Of a stretch of DNA of 64,000 nt, positions 22,151 to 60,254 are shown one piece after another. Each line of letters begins with the position of its first letter. Position 1 is the first letter of the stretch. The DNA is from Vicugna vicugna (taxonomy: Eukaryota): assembly GCA_013265495.1 (NCBI GenBank), contig MU061616.1:3116696-3180695 (forward strand). The letters run 5' to 3'. The notes under the pieces are model-generated. The model had not been told where the DNA came from, did no database searches, and worked only from the letters and a program-made list of their open reading frames with translations. Both the position numbers and the translations under genes were made by a program.

Positions 22151-23269
22151 CTGAGGTCAGCTTGGGGACCACAGGCCCCTGGGGCTGGTAGGGGTAGCAG
22201 GAGACCCCCCCCCAAAGGAATAGGGAAAAATCCAGAGGTTTCTTCCTTTAGCAAAGTAGCTCCTGGTGATGGAGGCCTTGGTTAGCTTTGGGGCTGGTGT
22301 CCCCAAAGTGGGGAGGATGACTGGGGAAGGCAGGAGACATGCATGTGTATGTGTGCCTGTACCTCCTCACATGGGTGTGCTGCCCGGGCCATGTGGTGCA
22401 GGGCCTGCTCAGGATCTGGTCCTGGGGCCCGGGGTGACTGTAGGGGGCATGGTGGTTGGGGAGGGCAGTTGGCATCCTCCAAACATGAAGCTACCCGCAT
22501 CCCCCGTGGGCAGGGATGCAGATGTGTCCTTTGGACTTCATTCCCATTCATGCCAGGCAGGGATCTGTTTTCAAGAGGGGGTGGGGACAGTGGGGGCCCC
22601 ACCGTCTGCAGGGTTATTTGTCACAATTGGGGCCATGCTGTTCCCTCCCCAGTGACAACAGTACTGAGCTCTGTCCGGCGCTCATGACGCCTTTTCTTTC
22701 CTGGAACAGGAGGCCTCATAAGCCCACTCACGCCTCTGTCCCTGGCTGCCCTGGGCTGTACGTCCAGGTATCTGGCAGCTCCCACCCCCCCTTTCCAGGA
22801 AGGCAGCATCAAAATAGGAGATGGCAGTGTAGGGAGAGGGGACAAGGAGCCTGGGGGCTTGGGGAAACAAGAGGGCAGGGACCCCCAGCAATGCTGGGAA
22901 GGGTTGGGGAGGGCAGAACCCTAGTCTGGAAAGAAGGGCTCTGTCCTCTGCCCTCCCCCAGCCCTCACTTACTGACCCTGCTCGGCTTGTTGGTACCAGA
23001 AGCCTGCAGGCTCAGAAGGATGCAGGTTTGAATCCTGACCCTGCAGGATACCAGCCAGAAAGCCCCGCCAAGTTACCTGGTGGTTCTCAACGAAGGGTGG
23101 TCCTGCAGCACCCCGAGAGCATTTGGAAACATGTGAGGGCCATTGCCAAGGTCAAATCCCCAATGGGCATCACTGGCCTTCCTGGGCCAGGGGCACTGAA
23201 GGCCCTGCAGTGGGAAGGATGGCGTCTCACAAAGCAGCATTTCCCTGCCTCCTGTGCCAATAGCAACCC

Positions 23270-23420
23270 AGTTACGCAACACCCAGTCTCAACCTCTCAG
23301 AGACCAAGTTTCCTCATTTGGGTAAAATAGAAATAACCGTAATAATATCTTCTTCACAGGGTGGTTGTGAGCCTTGAAAGGAACCCTGCACCTGAAGGGC
23401 TTGGTGAGGTGCCTGGAAGC
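23270..23420 (+). mobile_element. MIR SINE
   Basis: ctctcagagaccaagtttcctcatttgggtaaaatagaaataac...ggttgtgag. Confidence 0.65.
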
Positions 23421-24498
23421 ACAGTCTACCCTCGGGGGTGTGAGGAGCGCTGATAACTGGGGGCAGGGTCTGATTCTGAAATAGTGGCCCATGTTATCCA
23501 GGTTTTCCACCCAGGATTTTGCCTTTTGTCTTCTACCATTCAAGGCTCAGGGGAAGGGTGGGCTGGGGCACCCTCAACTTCTCCCATCCTTGGGGCCAGA
23601 GAGGGCCCAGGAGAGGTGTGGAGAAGGGGCCTCCCCACCCCAGGGAGGAGAGTGAGCATCCTGGCTGAAGGCACAGAGAACCCTGCGGGGGTCTGGACCC
23701 CTCTCGCCCACAGGCAAAGAGAACCGCAGGGTGGGAAGGGGCCTCAAGGACATGGCTGAGGGACATGGCTGAGGGACGTTGGGGTGGCCTGTGGGTGCAC
23801 TTCCCCAGCCCCCAGGGGTGCTAGGTAACCTCAGGACCCAGGAAAAGGGGACACAGAAATCCTGAAAGGGACTAAGTATTTACTAGTTTGGAGGAATACA
23901 GCGCTGGCTATCAGAAATCAAGTTGTAGACAATAAAATTATACCTAAAATTCTATTTTATCCACGAGGATTGTGGACTGAGCTCACTACATTATATTACT
24001 CTTTGTCATAAATCCATGGGGTCCTGGGGTTCTCTGGGGTCAGGGGTCAGAGGCAACATCCTGGGGGGATTGTATCTCCGAGGAGAGGGAGGGGCCTGCC
24101 ATGTGCCCACAGGCACCTTAGGGCCTTGGGGTTGGGGCCAGAGAAGTGAAAGGGGCTTCCAGAGAGGAGGGGCTGGGGTTCAGGTCCCAACACCTATTTC
24201 CTGGGTGCTGTCATGGTTGGGGAGAGGGCGTATGGCGCTGATGGTTAGGGGAAGGTGGCACTGGGACCCCAGCCTCTTGGCTGGAGCCCTAGCCTCCTTT
24301 TGGAGGGGGGCAGGAGACAGCCAGAGAAGGGATCTGGGGCCCTCCTTCTCCCAACTCTCCAACCCCTTGCAGCTCTCCACGTCTCCCCAACTTGGCTCCA
24401 GGTCCCTTCAGCCCTTCTGGCTGTCCTCAGCTTCCGGCGATGTCCGCTCACAGAGGCACAGAGGAAGAAGCCCACGTGTCAGAGTCCAGAGGGGGAGG

Positions 24499-24504
24499 TT
24501 TATT
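24499..24504 (-). terminator. SCN4A polyadenylation signal AATAAA
   Basis: tttatt about 1.96 kb beyond the stop codon, consistent with the long SCN4A 3' UTR. Confidence 0.8.
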
Positions 24505-25029
24505 GTAAGAACTGTACAAAGGAGCCTGTCCACTGGCCTGTTCCCACCTGGACAGGGCACCAATGGGTGTGGGTCTGCAGGGGAGGAGGCCGCAGGCAGG
24601 GGGAGGCCTGGACCCTGCTCAGTGACACTGGGTCTGCAATCTGTACAGGGCCGATGGACGGTATCCTGACCAACAGAGGCTGAGGCTTTTTGGGCCACGC
24701 AAGTCCGGGGCCCGAGGAGGAGGGAGCAGCAGCGGGCTGGGTGCGGGTCAGGGAGGTGGCTGAGCCCTCTAGGATGAACCTTCTGAAGGAAGAGCCAAGA
24801 GGAGACAGAAGGGGTGGGGGCTCCTCCAGGGAAGCATGGGGGGGCCGGCGAGGAGGCCGTGAGCAGGGCAGAGGGGAGGGCTCCGGCCAGTGCGCACACA
24901 GACACACGCACATGTTGTTTTGGAGGTTTTGCTGCTTCCTGAGTTTTAATCAAACTGTTCACAAAAAACAAGAAGAAAAAGAAGAGGAACTAAGGGCAAC
25001 AGGGGACTCAACGTGCAAACCTTACCACA

Positions 25030-25270
25030 AGTGTTCACACTTACAGGCACACACACACAAGGACACGGACAGGCCTGCACAGAAAACACACACACATAGA
25101 CACACACCAGTCAGAAACTACGGGGCACACTGCCACACAGATACGCAACTGTACCCTTACACACATGCATACGCAGGCTCCATGGGACACAGTGGTACAC
25201 ACACACACGCGTGCACACGCGCGGGTAGACACACAGCATGAAGCAGACACACAGGCGTACACACAGGTGA
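25030..25270. repeat. Degenerate (CA)n-rich low-complexity tract in the SCN4A 3' UTR
   Basis: Interrupted cacacaca/gcacac runs over about 240 bp. Confidence 0.8.
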
Positions 25271-26461
25271 GTACATCCAGTGACCCCTGAGCCGGCGTCT
25301 CATCCCCTCCTCCGAGCTGGGCCTCGGCTGTTCTCAGGAGGCGGCCAAGGCCTGGCACTGCCATCCCCGGGGCAGAAGTGCCGCCTGGCTTTCCAGGCAG
25401 CAGGAAGCTGGAAGGTTGGGTCTGAGCCAGGTGAGTGGAGCCTGCCCTGTGCTGAAATCTCTAACATGGGCTCAACTAGAACTTTCTTTGGATCATTTTG
25501 AGGAGGGAAGAGGGATGAGGAGGGAGGATGAGAGGGGACTGGGGGGGATGAGGTGGAGACCTCTAGGGCTGGTGAGGCTGCCAGGACCCTCAGTGGTGCT
25601 GACGGGGAGGGAGGAAAGGAGGGGACGGGGATCTTCTTCCTGAGCACCAGGGCCCCTGGTCCCACCCCAGCTCTGGGGGCTCAGGCCAAGAAAGCCCCCA
25701 GTGCAGCAATAACACTGGCAGGACCCAAACTGCACCGCCCATCCGTGCTTCCAAGGAAAAGACAATTCCCAAGTGGACTCCTCCCTTCTGCCCTTCCCCC
25801 AGCAGCCAGCCAGGGGAGCCGGGACCTGGAAAATGGACAAATCAGGAAAGGGTTTCACGGGCCACAACCCAGCACGACGTGTCAGGATCCAGTGGCCCAT
25901 CAGGTTTATGGAGCCATTTCTGGACCAGTGATATTTCCCTCTTGCAGGGAATTCCTGAGCTGGCAGAGCAGAGCCGCATCCCAGAGTCAGGGGAGGGCTG
26001 GCAGGCCCTGGGGTCAGGTGTCTGCTCTCACTGAGGTTAAGACGACTTTGTCCGGGATGGGCTGGGGGACCTGAGCCACTTCCTGGGGAGAGGTCAGTAG
26101 CCCTTAAGACTCTGGTGGCAGGAGGGCAGCCAATCCTTCCATCACAGGCCAGCTCCTCCCCAAGTGGGGGACAGAGATCCGGATGTTCTGACCTCCCCCA
26201 GGGCCATGAGGAGGGCAGCAGGGCCCACGAGGAGGTGAGAACAATTTGAAGGTAAAATCATGGAGGCAGAGGCCTCAGGCCCAGACTGGAGCCTTCAGGT
26301 ACAATTCCCATTTTCCACCGCCTGGGTGACAGCCCCAGCACGGCCAAATCCTGTCCCTGACAGGGAGCTGGGTCAGTCCCAGACTCAAAGCCCTAACTCC
26401 CTCAACGGGCAGGCACCACCGGGGAGCTCTGGGGCTGTGCCAGGCTCCTCACCGTCGCCTG

Positions 26462-53500
<27,039 letters not shown>

Positions 53501-53547
53501 CCTTGCATTCTGGGCTCAGGAGCCAGCAGGGTGGCAGGCAGCCGGGG

Positions 53548-54085
53548 CAGCTGCAGTGTGCAGCCCCCGGGGTGCTGGGCGGCCACCTGGCCCTGGGCCT
53601 GCTGTCCACTACTCACCTCCTGCCTGCCCAGGGGCCAGGGTGGGGAGGTGGGCGCACAGGCCCTGTGGGGACTGGGAGGTGTGCCTGCAGGGCCCGGGTG
53701 CTGCTGCTGCACAGGTGCTGGACACAAGTGCATCACCCCCAAGCCCTGCACCACAGTCTCCCCAGCAGGGGATTGGCTGCCCTCTGGACTGACAGCAAGC
53801 CAACCAGATCCTCTTTGACCTTGGGGACTTAGGGCCAACGCCCCAGTGCCTTCAACCGCCTCCTGGGCCCAAGTTCTGGGGACTGTGTGGCTTCAGCCTA
53901 TGGAAACAGAGAAAACCACAGCTGGTTATGCCCATGTGGCCTCTGTTCTGCAGTGAGGCAGAAAGGAATCAGACATGAAATGTGCAGGTGGGCCAGAGGA
54001 TGGGCCAAGGTGAGAGCCTGGTGGGATCAGCCTAAAGCGGGAAGGGCAAATGGATTTCATCTTGAGGGCTGACATGGATCAGCTG
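53548..54085 (-). promoter_or_regulatory. SCN4A 5' UTR/promoter region with clustered E-boxes
   Basis: CAGCTG 53548-53553, CACCTG 53584-53589, CAGGTG 53712-53717, CAAGTG 53725-53730, and TGACA next to CAGCTG at 54070-54085. Compatible with myogenic bHLH control; the TSS cannot be fixed from sequence. Confidence 0.5.
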
Positions 54086-56639
54086 CTGTTGGCTGCCTGA
54101 AGAGATGGGCAGGGACCACGGACGTTGCAGCCAGACTCAGTGCAAAATCATTGCTGTGATTAATTAGTGATGTCTGCCAGGGGCATGAGAAAGGAGAATG
54201 TGGTGCACCTGCCTGTATTTGCCATACCTGATCTGGAGGGAAGAGAAAGGGAAGATGTGGGAATGTGGAGTACACTGTCCTGAGCTTTGGGGAAGCGTGG
54301 TGTTGGGCGTGGAGATGGAGGAAGGAAGGGCCCTGTAGAGGGTCCCACCAGCTCCTTCCCACAGGACCCATGGGACGTAACCGATGGACAGGTGGAGAGG
54401 CTGGGAAAAGGAAGATGCAGGTTGGGGGCAGGTCAGGAGAGCCTGCAGATGCTAACATGGAAGAGGATGACACACAGGAAAGGTCCTGGGGACACGGAGA
54501 TGGACAGTTTCAATGGTGGGGGCGGGGCTAGAGCTCCCAGGGACTGCTTTTGGCTGATGACCCCTGTATGAACTGGGTGGCTAGAGGGGCACCCACCAGG
54601 AGCTTTAGAGACCTGTGAGAGCTGTGCAGACTGTGTCTCCTGGGTCAGTCCCTTGGCCTCTCCTGGCCCCTCCCCATTCCTGCTCAGCCCTCCTGAGCCT
54701 GTTCCCTGTGGAAGGTGGTGGTGGTGGTGGGGTCACTTATCACAAAGGCTCTGGGGAATGACCTACACCAATTAGCAGGCACAGGGACACCGCTGCAGCC
54801 TGGTCATACACAGCCACTGCAAGGCCCACATGGACAGACACTCTGGAATCACCCCTTCACCAAAGGGGCTCAGATAGACCCTCCCAGGGACACCCAAAGC
54901 CACACCGGAGGGCAGCCCTGTGATAGCAAACCCAGACGTCCGAGCAGTGCTCCTGCCCTGGCCAGTGCGGGCACTTCCTCAGGCTTGGTCAACAGGTGGG
55001 GAGGGTGGCCCAGGGAGCCTCTGGAGCCATTGGGCAGAGCTGGCCACGCCCCCAGGCCGGCTGCCCAGCTGCTCCCTACCATCACTGGGGAGTCGTGTTT
55101 CCACGGGGATGACTCTGCTCATTCCAGCTGACCCCGTCCCTCAGCTGCTCATTGGCCCCGTTGTGCACGTGGGAGTGTGTGTGCACAAACACACACGTGG
55201 ACACACACACACAACCAGCCCCAAACCACCCCTCACGTGGACCCCATAGTTGTACCCACCACTGGACACACACCTTCAGCCCCATCACTATCGCCACATA
55301 CCCATCAGAACAGAAGACACTGACCTGCCAGATGGCCCTGGAGGGACCACGGCTGCTGGGCACCCTCCCAGCTCACAGGCCCCACTTGGCAACAACCCTC
55401 TGGCCTGAGGCTGCCCACTCCTCCTTCACCGAAGCCCATGTGGAACCACAGAAAACCAGAAACGAACAATCTGGCTCGTGCCCTAGCACTCGTAGAAACT
55501 GCATTCATCAGGATCACCAGAGGCCCCCGGCGGACAGACCCAGTGATTTCTTCACAGCTGGCCCTCCTTCCAGCATCTCACTGTCACCACCTTTATTCTT
55601 GAGAGGAGGACGTGACCTGCCCGACCATCCGCTTTCTCCACATCTGCTCTGTGAGCTCCTCCTTTCGGCCCCTAGAAGACACTGCTTTTCCAGGGCCTGG
55701 ACAGCAGCCTTGTTTTCTTTTTGCAGCATGCACCTCTACCTGTGCCCTTCTCCTCTGCCACAGGAACAACCACCATCCACCTCCTTTCCGTGGCTTCTAC
55801 AGCTTTGCCACACCTGTTCCCGCTACTCTGATGGCCCCAGGCAGGTCAAGTCACAACTCCCTTTCATGTGTGGCCACAGCCTTCGCAGCAGTTAGGTTAA
55901 CGGTAATTCATGCCCTGCTTGTGAGACTGTCTGTGGGTATCTGTCTCCCCCACCAGACCCCTCACAAGCCGGGGCTTGGGTCCTCTGGAATCCAGTGCCT
56001 GGCGCATTGGCACCAGACCCACAGACGGCACAGCCAGCATGGCACCTCCTCCTGCTGGTCCCCAGCTGGCCCCCAATGGACTCCTCATCTCTCCCTTCAA
56101 AATTTGCCCTTGATCCTAAATTCCTCTCCTCCTACCCTCTTCACCACTCCTGAAGCCACTTCACATCTGGATGTCTTGTGAAATGCCCTCCTTGGCTAGG
56201 CCAGTGGAGGCTATGGTTTTGGTTGTTGGTGGTGAAGGCATCCTGCTGTACATCTGGTCAGTTCCCAAACCGCACAGCACCCGCATGTCTCTGCATCCCC
56301 CAGGCTATTTCTGCTCATCACCCCTCACGGGCTTTATTCAAACAAACCCCCGTCTGCCTCCCTCCAGCCCAGCTCTCCTCCAATCCACCATCTACATTTG
56401 TAAATTCACAAATCTGATTATGTCACCCCCTGCCTAATCCTTCAGTGGCTGCCTGGCTGAGTACCACCAGTGTGCCAAATGCTGAATAAAAGGTTATCCA
56501 ATGAATGAATGGATGGATGGATGGATGAGAGGACCCTTCTTCCTTAGCCCATTTCTCCTTTCAGCCCACCCTGAACCTAAATCACAGCCAGAAACTGGAG
56601 CTCTTCTGTACCCGCCGCTCAAGTGCTCCGCTCCCTGAC

Positions 56640-58340
56640 CTCCTACCTCTCAGCTCAAGTGCCTGGTTGAGTAATTCTTGGGCTTCTTCTTGCCTTCAGC
56701 CCTTGACCCTGGGATTTCTTCCTTGGCATCAGAAGCCTCAGACTTCACCTCCCTCCCTCCTCCTCCAACCTCAGTTACAAGAGCCATCATCATAATCCTC
56801 CCATTAAACAATCAACTGCCACCTTCTCTCTCCATCAATGCCCCTCCCCGGGACACCGCAGCCTGCCTGCCCTGACTATGCTCTTCTGAGTCCGCCCCTG
56901 AACTGCAGCGATGGCAGGACTTGGCCGGGTTCATGCTGACTTCATGGTTACAAACTCCAGGTTTGTCCTCAGTTCTGCCCCGTAAGTGTAGGTTTCTCTG
57001 CGAGTCTCACTTCTCCACTTTTTGAGAACAACTATTTCATGCCTTCTCTTCTCTCCTCAACACCACCACAGTTCTCCCCCTGATGCTCCCAGCTGGTGAC
57101 TCGGTCTCAGTCCTCAGTGAGAAAACAGGATCCATCACACACAGTCAAATCAACAGAACTATCTTCGCTGCCCCTGCCCCTTCTTCCTCCATCCTGTTAT
57201 AACAAAAGAAGAGTCAAGACCAGGACTTCTACTTGGGCTCAGGCCGCTGACCTCGCCTGCCTTCCCAGGGACCTCATTCTCTAGTTACCTTCTCTTTCCC
57301 GCCACCACCTCCTCCCCGTCTATGGCCAGGCTCTCCCATCTTCAAAATAGTGGCAGTGGTGACAAAAACCACCCTCCGGGCCTCACACCTCCCTTCACTA
57401 TTGCGCTGTCTGTTCCTCTTCACAGACAAACTTCTTGGAAAGTGCCTACACCGGCTGTCTTTACCACCTTACCTTTCGTTCCCTTTCCGACCCATTCCAA
57501 CGTGGCTTACATTTCCCTCACTCCACAGAAGCGGCTTTTGTCAGGTCGCTGGCACCCTCTCTTGCTGCCAAGTCTGCTGAACACGTTTCTGTCTTCACCT
57601 CCCTCTACCTCTTAGAAACATTCAGCCCAGTTGGCCGCAGCCCCCTTCTGGAAACGCTCTATGCTCTCTGTCCTCCATGACAGCCCGCCCCTGGTTTACC
57701 TCCAGCCTCCCTGGCTGTTCCTTCTCAGTGTCTTTGCTTGTCCCTCTTCTTCTCCCCAATCTCAGGGCTCTGTCTGGGTCTGGATGGCATCATTCCTGTG
57801 TAACTAGTGTTACAGGAATATATTAAGCCTCTCCTTTGAACTCCAGACAGATATAGTCAACTGGTGACTGGACCCCAGCACGTGGATAGCTAGCAGGCAT
57901 CCAACCTGCAGTACCTGGAGTGAAACATCTGTGCTTTTCCACGGACACCCCCTGCCTCCCACAGTCTTCCTCAGCACAGGAGAAAACACCGTCATCCGTC
58001 CAAACCAAAATTTGCTCAAGTCAAAAACTGAGGTGTCTTTTTGAATTCTCCTCTCCCTTCACCTCTACATCCAGCCTGTCCAAAGCTCTATCAATACCAT
58101 CTCCAAAATACACCTGACCTCTCCTTCCCCTCCGGGTCCTATCACAACAGTTTCTTGCAGTTTCTGCCTGCTTTTGCCCCTGGCCTCTCCCAACCAGTCC
58201 CGTAAAGCAGTGGTGCCATTTAGAAAGAAACAAATCATGTTGTTTCTCCTGCTTACATTTCTCCAGGAACTTTCTGTTGCACTCAGAGTAAAACCTAAGT
58301 AAACTTCTTGGTAGCCGCCAAGGGCCGGGTGATCCAGCCC
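56640..58340 (+). mobile_element. Long degraded L2 LINE fragment
   Basis: Pyrimidine-rich L2 ORF2/3' signature (cactccacagaagcggcttttgtcagg; ctccagacagatatagtcaactg; ccatctccaaaatacacctg; tgcactcagagtaaaacc). Confidence 0.75.
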
Positions 58341-58859
58341 CTGGAACAGCCAGCGCACAGGCAGAGGCAGGACGTAAGGAAATATATACTGTGTTGGCCT
58401 TAGTGGGGCACAGAATCTGTTTAGGGATTTGAGGGGGGATGGGTTGGGCAGCGTGGCCAGGGCCTTGGAAACCACGTCTGGGAGTCTGGACATCATCTTG
58501 CCGCTTTGGAGAGCCCTTCCCAGGGATGGTGGGTTGGGCTGGGGCCACAACTGGCCGGCGTGGATGTGCCTCCGCTCACCCTTACAGTGTGTCTAGAACA
58601 GATGGGACAAGGTGCCTTGTTTTCAGTGGCACCAGAGGAGGGAAGAAAAGACACCTGGGATGTGGGCACAGTGAGTTTCTGGCAGGGACAAGCGCTGGTA
58701 ATGCCCCACGTCACTGGCTGGGTGTCTTGCTGGCAGATTTCCAGGCCACAATTCAGAGTAAAGGGAACCACGTGACAGTTTGAACCCTCCTTCTACCAGC
58801 CATAACTCAGTCTCTGGCCTCTTTCCCAGCCTGTTCCTGAGATGTGGTGGCTGAGGGCG

Positions 58860-59170
58860 TGGGGGTTCTTCTTCTCACTGAATTTAAGTACGCTGGGTTT
58901 GCAAGGACCCGAGAGATCAAGTCCAACTCCCTCATTTTACAGATGGGGAAACTGTGGCCCAGAGAGGCGTAGTAACTCCCCCCAGCTGACACACTTATTC
59001 ATTCAACACACACTTCCTGAGCATCTGCTCCATGCCGGGCTCTGTTTTGGGAGCCAGGGATACAGGAGTGGCAAATTTCCTGGCCTCATTGAGCTTGCAT
59101 TCCCAAGGGAGGAGGCAGATAGTAAATAGGGAAGCAAATAAGATAATTTTAGAGAGTGATAAATGAAAGG
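58860..59170 (-). mobile_element. MIR followed by an L2 3' end
   Basis: ctcattttacagatggggaaactgtggcccagagagg; cttattcattcaacacacacttcctgagcatctgctccatgccggg. Confidence 0.65.
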
Positions 59171-59672
59171 CCAAGCCAAGACTAAAACCCTGCTCCGCAG
59201 GCGCCAGGGTCCTTTTAGTAAGTGAGAAGCTCTGTCGGAAACTGTATCAAGACCGAAGTTTGGGCGGAAGTGGTGGGGAAAGTGTTGGGGGTCTGAAGGC
59301 AGACAGAGACAGGGCGGGAGAGGAAGGGTCTGGAGTCAGGGAACCAGGCCGGGGCCAGCTGTCCACGGGCAGGGAGCCGAGGGTGAGGACATTAGAGGGC
59401 GAGGCGGCTCTTCTTTGGAGCAGGTCCAGCCCAGCATTGTCTCCCTCTGTGGGGCTGCCAGATTGGAACACCCAATTCCAGATATAGTCTGACCACACAG
59501 AGAAGCCTTTTCTCCTTGGCCTGGACTCTCGTTGTATTCATTCATCCAAGATGTTTCAGCAGCCCACCCACAAGGTGAGTTTACAGACACCCCTGCAGCT
59601 TTTCTTCATGAACTGTGGACACATTAGATCTTCCTCATCCTATAATTGATTCTTCTCTTTTAAATCCAGGTG

Positions 59673-60254
59673 GAGCTCAACAAAATATTAGCAAATCAAA
59701 TCCAACAGTATAAAAATAAAAACCTATCCTCCACAACCAAATGGGATTCATCCCAGGTATGCAAGGCACGTTCAACCTAAGAAAATCAATTCATGTAATC
59801 CATCACATCAATAGGCAAAAGAAAAATCATACATGTGATCATATCAATGCAAGCAGAAAAAGGATTTGACAAAACCCGACACCCATTCACAATAAAAACT
59901 CTCAGGAAACTAAAAATAGAGAGGAAAATTTTCAACCTGATAAAGAACATTTATAAAAATCCTACAGCTAACATAGCACTTACTGGTGAAAACCTAGGCA
60001 CTTTTGCACTAAGATCAGGAACAAGGCAAGGATGTTGCCTCTATCTACGTCTTTNNNNNNNNNNNNNNNNNNNNNNNNNNNNNNNNNNNNNNNNNNNNNN
60101 NNNNNNNNNNNNNNNNNNNNNNNNNNNNNNNNNNNNNNNNNNNNNNNNNNNNNNNNNNNNNNNNNNNNNNNNNNNNNNNNNNNNNNNNNNNNNNGCAGAA
60201 AACCCTCCTGGAACTATCATGATTACAGCAAGTTTTCAGGATGTAAGATTAATA
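59673..60254 (+). mobile_element. Internal LINE-1 ORF2 (RT-domain) fragment with target-site duplication
   Basis: Encodes [23 protein letters not shown]...NLIKNIYKNPTANIALTGENL...GTRQGC. Flanked by TAAATCCAGGTG at 59661-59672 and 60255-60266. No 3' UTR or poly(A). Confidence 0.88.

Noticed and set aside
23749-23778. 14-bp tandem duplication ggacatggctgagg
   Set aside because: Two copies only, in non-coding DNA; ordinary slippage.
24016-26074. Several ORFs over 140 aa in and beyond the SCN4A 3' UTR
   Set aside because: GC-rich and CA-repeat-derived frames with no recognisable protein features.
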